64,000 nt of DNA from Candidatus Aenigmatarchaeota archaeon (GTDB taxonomy: Archaea > Aenigmatarchaeota > Aenigmatarchaeia > JACPZZ01): assembly GCA_043801595.1 (NCBI GenBank), contig JAZDLW010000021.1, positions 12,616-76,615 of the forward strand, written 5' to 3'. Shown in pieces: positions 62,885-64,000 of the stretch (positions within the stretch are counted from its first letter, which is position 1; each line of letters begins with the position of its first letter). Under the pieces are notes generated by a model. The model ran no database searches, was not told where the DNA came from, and worked only from the letters and a program-made list of their open reading frames with translations. Both the position numbers and the translations under genes were made by a program.

Positions 62885-63850
62885 TTAATTCTTTTCCTTT
62901 GTAAGCGACGCCCAATCAGCTGAGATGACAGTCTTCACGCCCTTGATGTAATTATAACACTGCAACGCCGCTTTTGCGCCTTCGCCCGCCGATATCACAA
63001 TCTGCTTGAACGGCGTGTTCGTGACATCACCGGCTGCAAATATTCCCGCTGTTTTCGTCTCGCACAGGTTGTTTATGACAATCTGGTTTAACTTGTCGCG
63101 TTCGACCAGATCTTTCACAAATTCCGTTTTCGATTCGAATCCAAGTTCGACGAACAACCCGCTCACATCAAGCGACGACGTTTTCTTTGTTGCGATGTTC
63201 TCTACAACGATCGACCTGAGAAATTTATCGCCTTTCGCTTCTTTTACAGCCGAATTCATGACAAATTCAACGCCACACGACTTTAATTTTTTAATATTCT
63301 CGCCAGCGTTGCGAAATTCGGAAAGGCTGTTGATAACGTAAACCTTGCAACGCATGTCGTTTAGTATCTCTGCGCCTTCGAGAACGAGATTGCTGTTGCC
63401 GGCTATTGCAACCGTCTTACCCCTGAAAAGCGGGCCGTCGCACGTTATGCAATAAGATACGCCCTTGTTCGTGAACTCCTTTTCTCCTTTCACATTCATC
63501 ATGCGCGGCGTCTTGCCGAATGCAAGTATGACTGCTTTGCATCTGTACGTATTGACAGATGTGATAACGCGGAAATCCTTTTCGCCGAGTTTTTCAATTG
63601 ATTCAACGCCCTCGTAAACGATTTCGGCGCCAAAATTTCTCGTCTGTTCCTCGAACTTTCTCATCAGGGAAGAACCGTCGATGGGTTCAGAGCCTGGATA
63701 GTTTTCGACATTCGAGGTTGTATTCGTTTGCCCGCCAACGTCCTTTGTAAGAATTATCGTTTTGAGGTTCCTTCTGGACGCGTATGTGGCAGCGGTCATT
63801 CCAGCAGAGCCGGCGCCAACCACTACAACGTCATAAATTTTTTCTGCCAT
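62885..63850 (-). CDS. trxB: Thioredoxin-disulfide reductase
   Basis: FAD motif VVVVGAGSAGMTAA, redox-active CITCDG and the C-terminal FAAGDV. Confidence 0.9.
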   Translation of the reverse strand: MAEKIYDVVVVGAGSAGMTAATYASRRNLKTIILTKDVGGQTNTTSNVENYPGSEPIDGSSLMRKFEEQTRNFGAEIVYEGVESIEKLGEKDFRVITSVNTYRCKAVILAFGKTPRMMNVKGEKEFTNKGVSYCITCDGPLFRGKTVAIAGNSNLVLEGAEILNDMRCKVYVINSLSEFRNAGENIKKLKSCGVEFVMNSAVKEAKGDKFLRSIVVENIATKKTSSLDVSGLFVELGFESKTEFVKDLVERDKLNQIVINNLCETKTAGIFAAGDVTNTPFKQIVISAGEGAKAALQCYNYIKGVKTVISADWASLTKEKN

Positions 63851-63926
63851 ATCGCCACCGAACTTAAGAATATAGTGAAAAAGTATATTAATTAATTTAA
63901 ACGATTCGACCTTTTTCCAAAAACAG

Positions 63927-64000
63927 TCAACCTTTCAGAAGATAACCCGTTATAGGACCTTCTTCCGGTTTTTCGATGTTGGGAAGTTTTATTGTCTTCA
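63927..64000 (-). CDS. C-terminal fragment of an unidentified gene (remainder outside the window)
   Basis: The minus-strand frame reads ...KTIKLPNIEKPEEGPITGYLLKG then stops. It is too short to assign, and another frame is also open. Confidence 0.25.
   Translation of the reverse strand, partial: KTIKLPNIEKPEEGPITGYLLKG

Overview
The window is a gene-dense archaeal chromosomal segment. Archaeal hallmarks include TBP, MCM, TFS, RpoL and RpoN, ribosomal proteins S15, S3Ae, S10, S9, L13 and L18e, class I LysRS, Dph2, and archaeal-type RibK and RibC. The lineage cannot be assigned without a database search; the gene content fits an uncultivated, small-genome archaeon. Housekeeping blocks include replication genes (RecJ/Cdc45-like, MCM, an OB-fold/winged-helix protein, PolX), gatCAB, a riboflavin cluster and a ribosomal-protein/RNAP gene string. 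There is also a type IV pilus-like locus with a prepilin peptidase, at least four class III signal-peptide proteins and a separate LamG-pilin fusion. I found four tRNAs by eye: Arg-UCG, Leu-GAG with a large non-canonical insertion, Glu-CUC, and Pro-GGG with a short canonical intron. Six observations are not explained by ordinary annotation. (1) Two free-standing LAGLIDADG endonuclease genes are present, one inside the ribosomal-protein string and one whose ORF runs through tRNA-Glu. (2) A 2.3 kb islet next to tRNA-Arg is bounded by a 34-nt imperfect direct repeat and carries a Doc-like toxin. (3) Three families of intergenic hairpin repeats occur, two of them with compensatory stem substitutions. 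(4) An amino-acid-kinase-like gene is frameshifted at a (TG)4 tract. (5) Two pairs of tandem paralogous orphan genes are present. (6) A SepF-like/MinD pair is present. No CRISPR array, rRNA gene, integrase or transposase was seen. All functional calls rest on motif recognition by eye. Several starts are uncertain because the ORF track begins at TTG or GTG codons.
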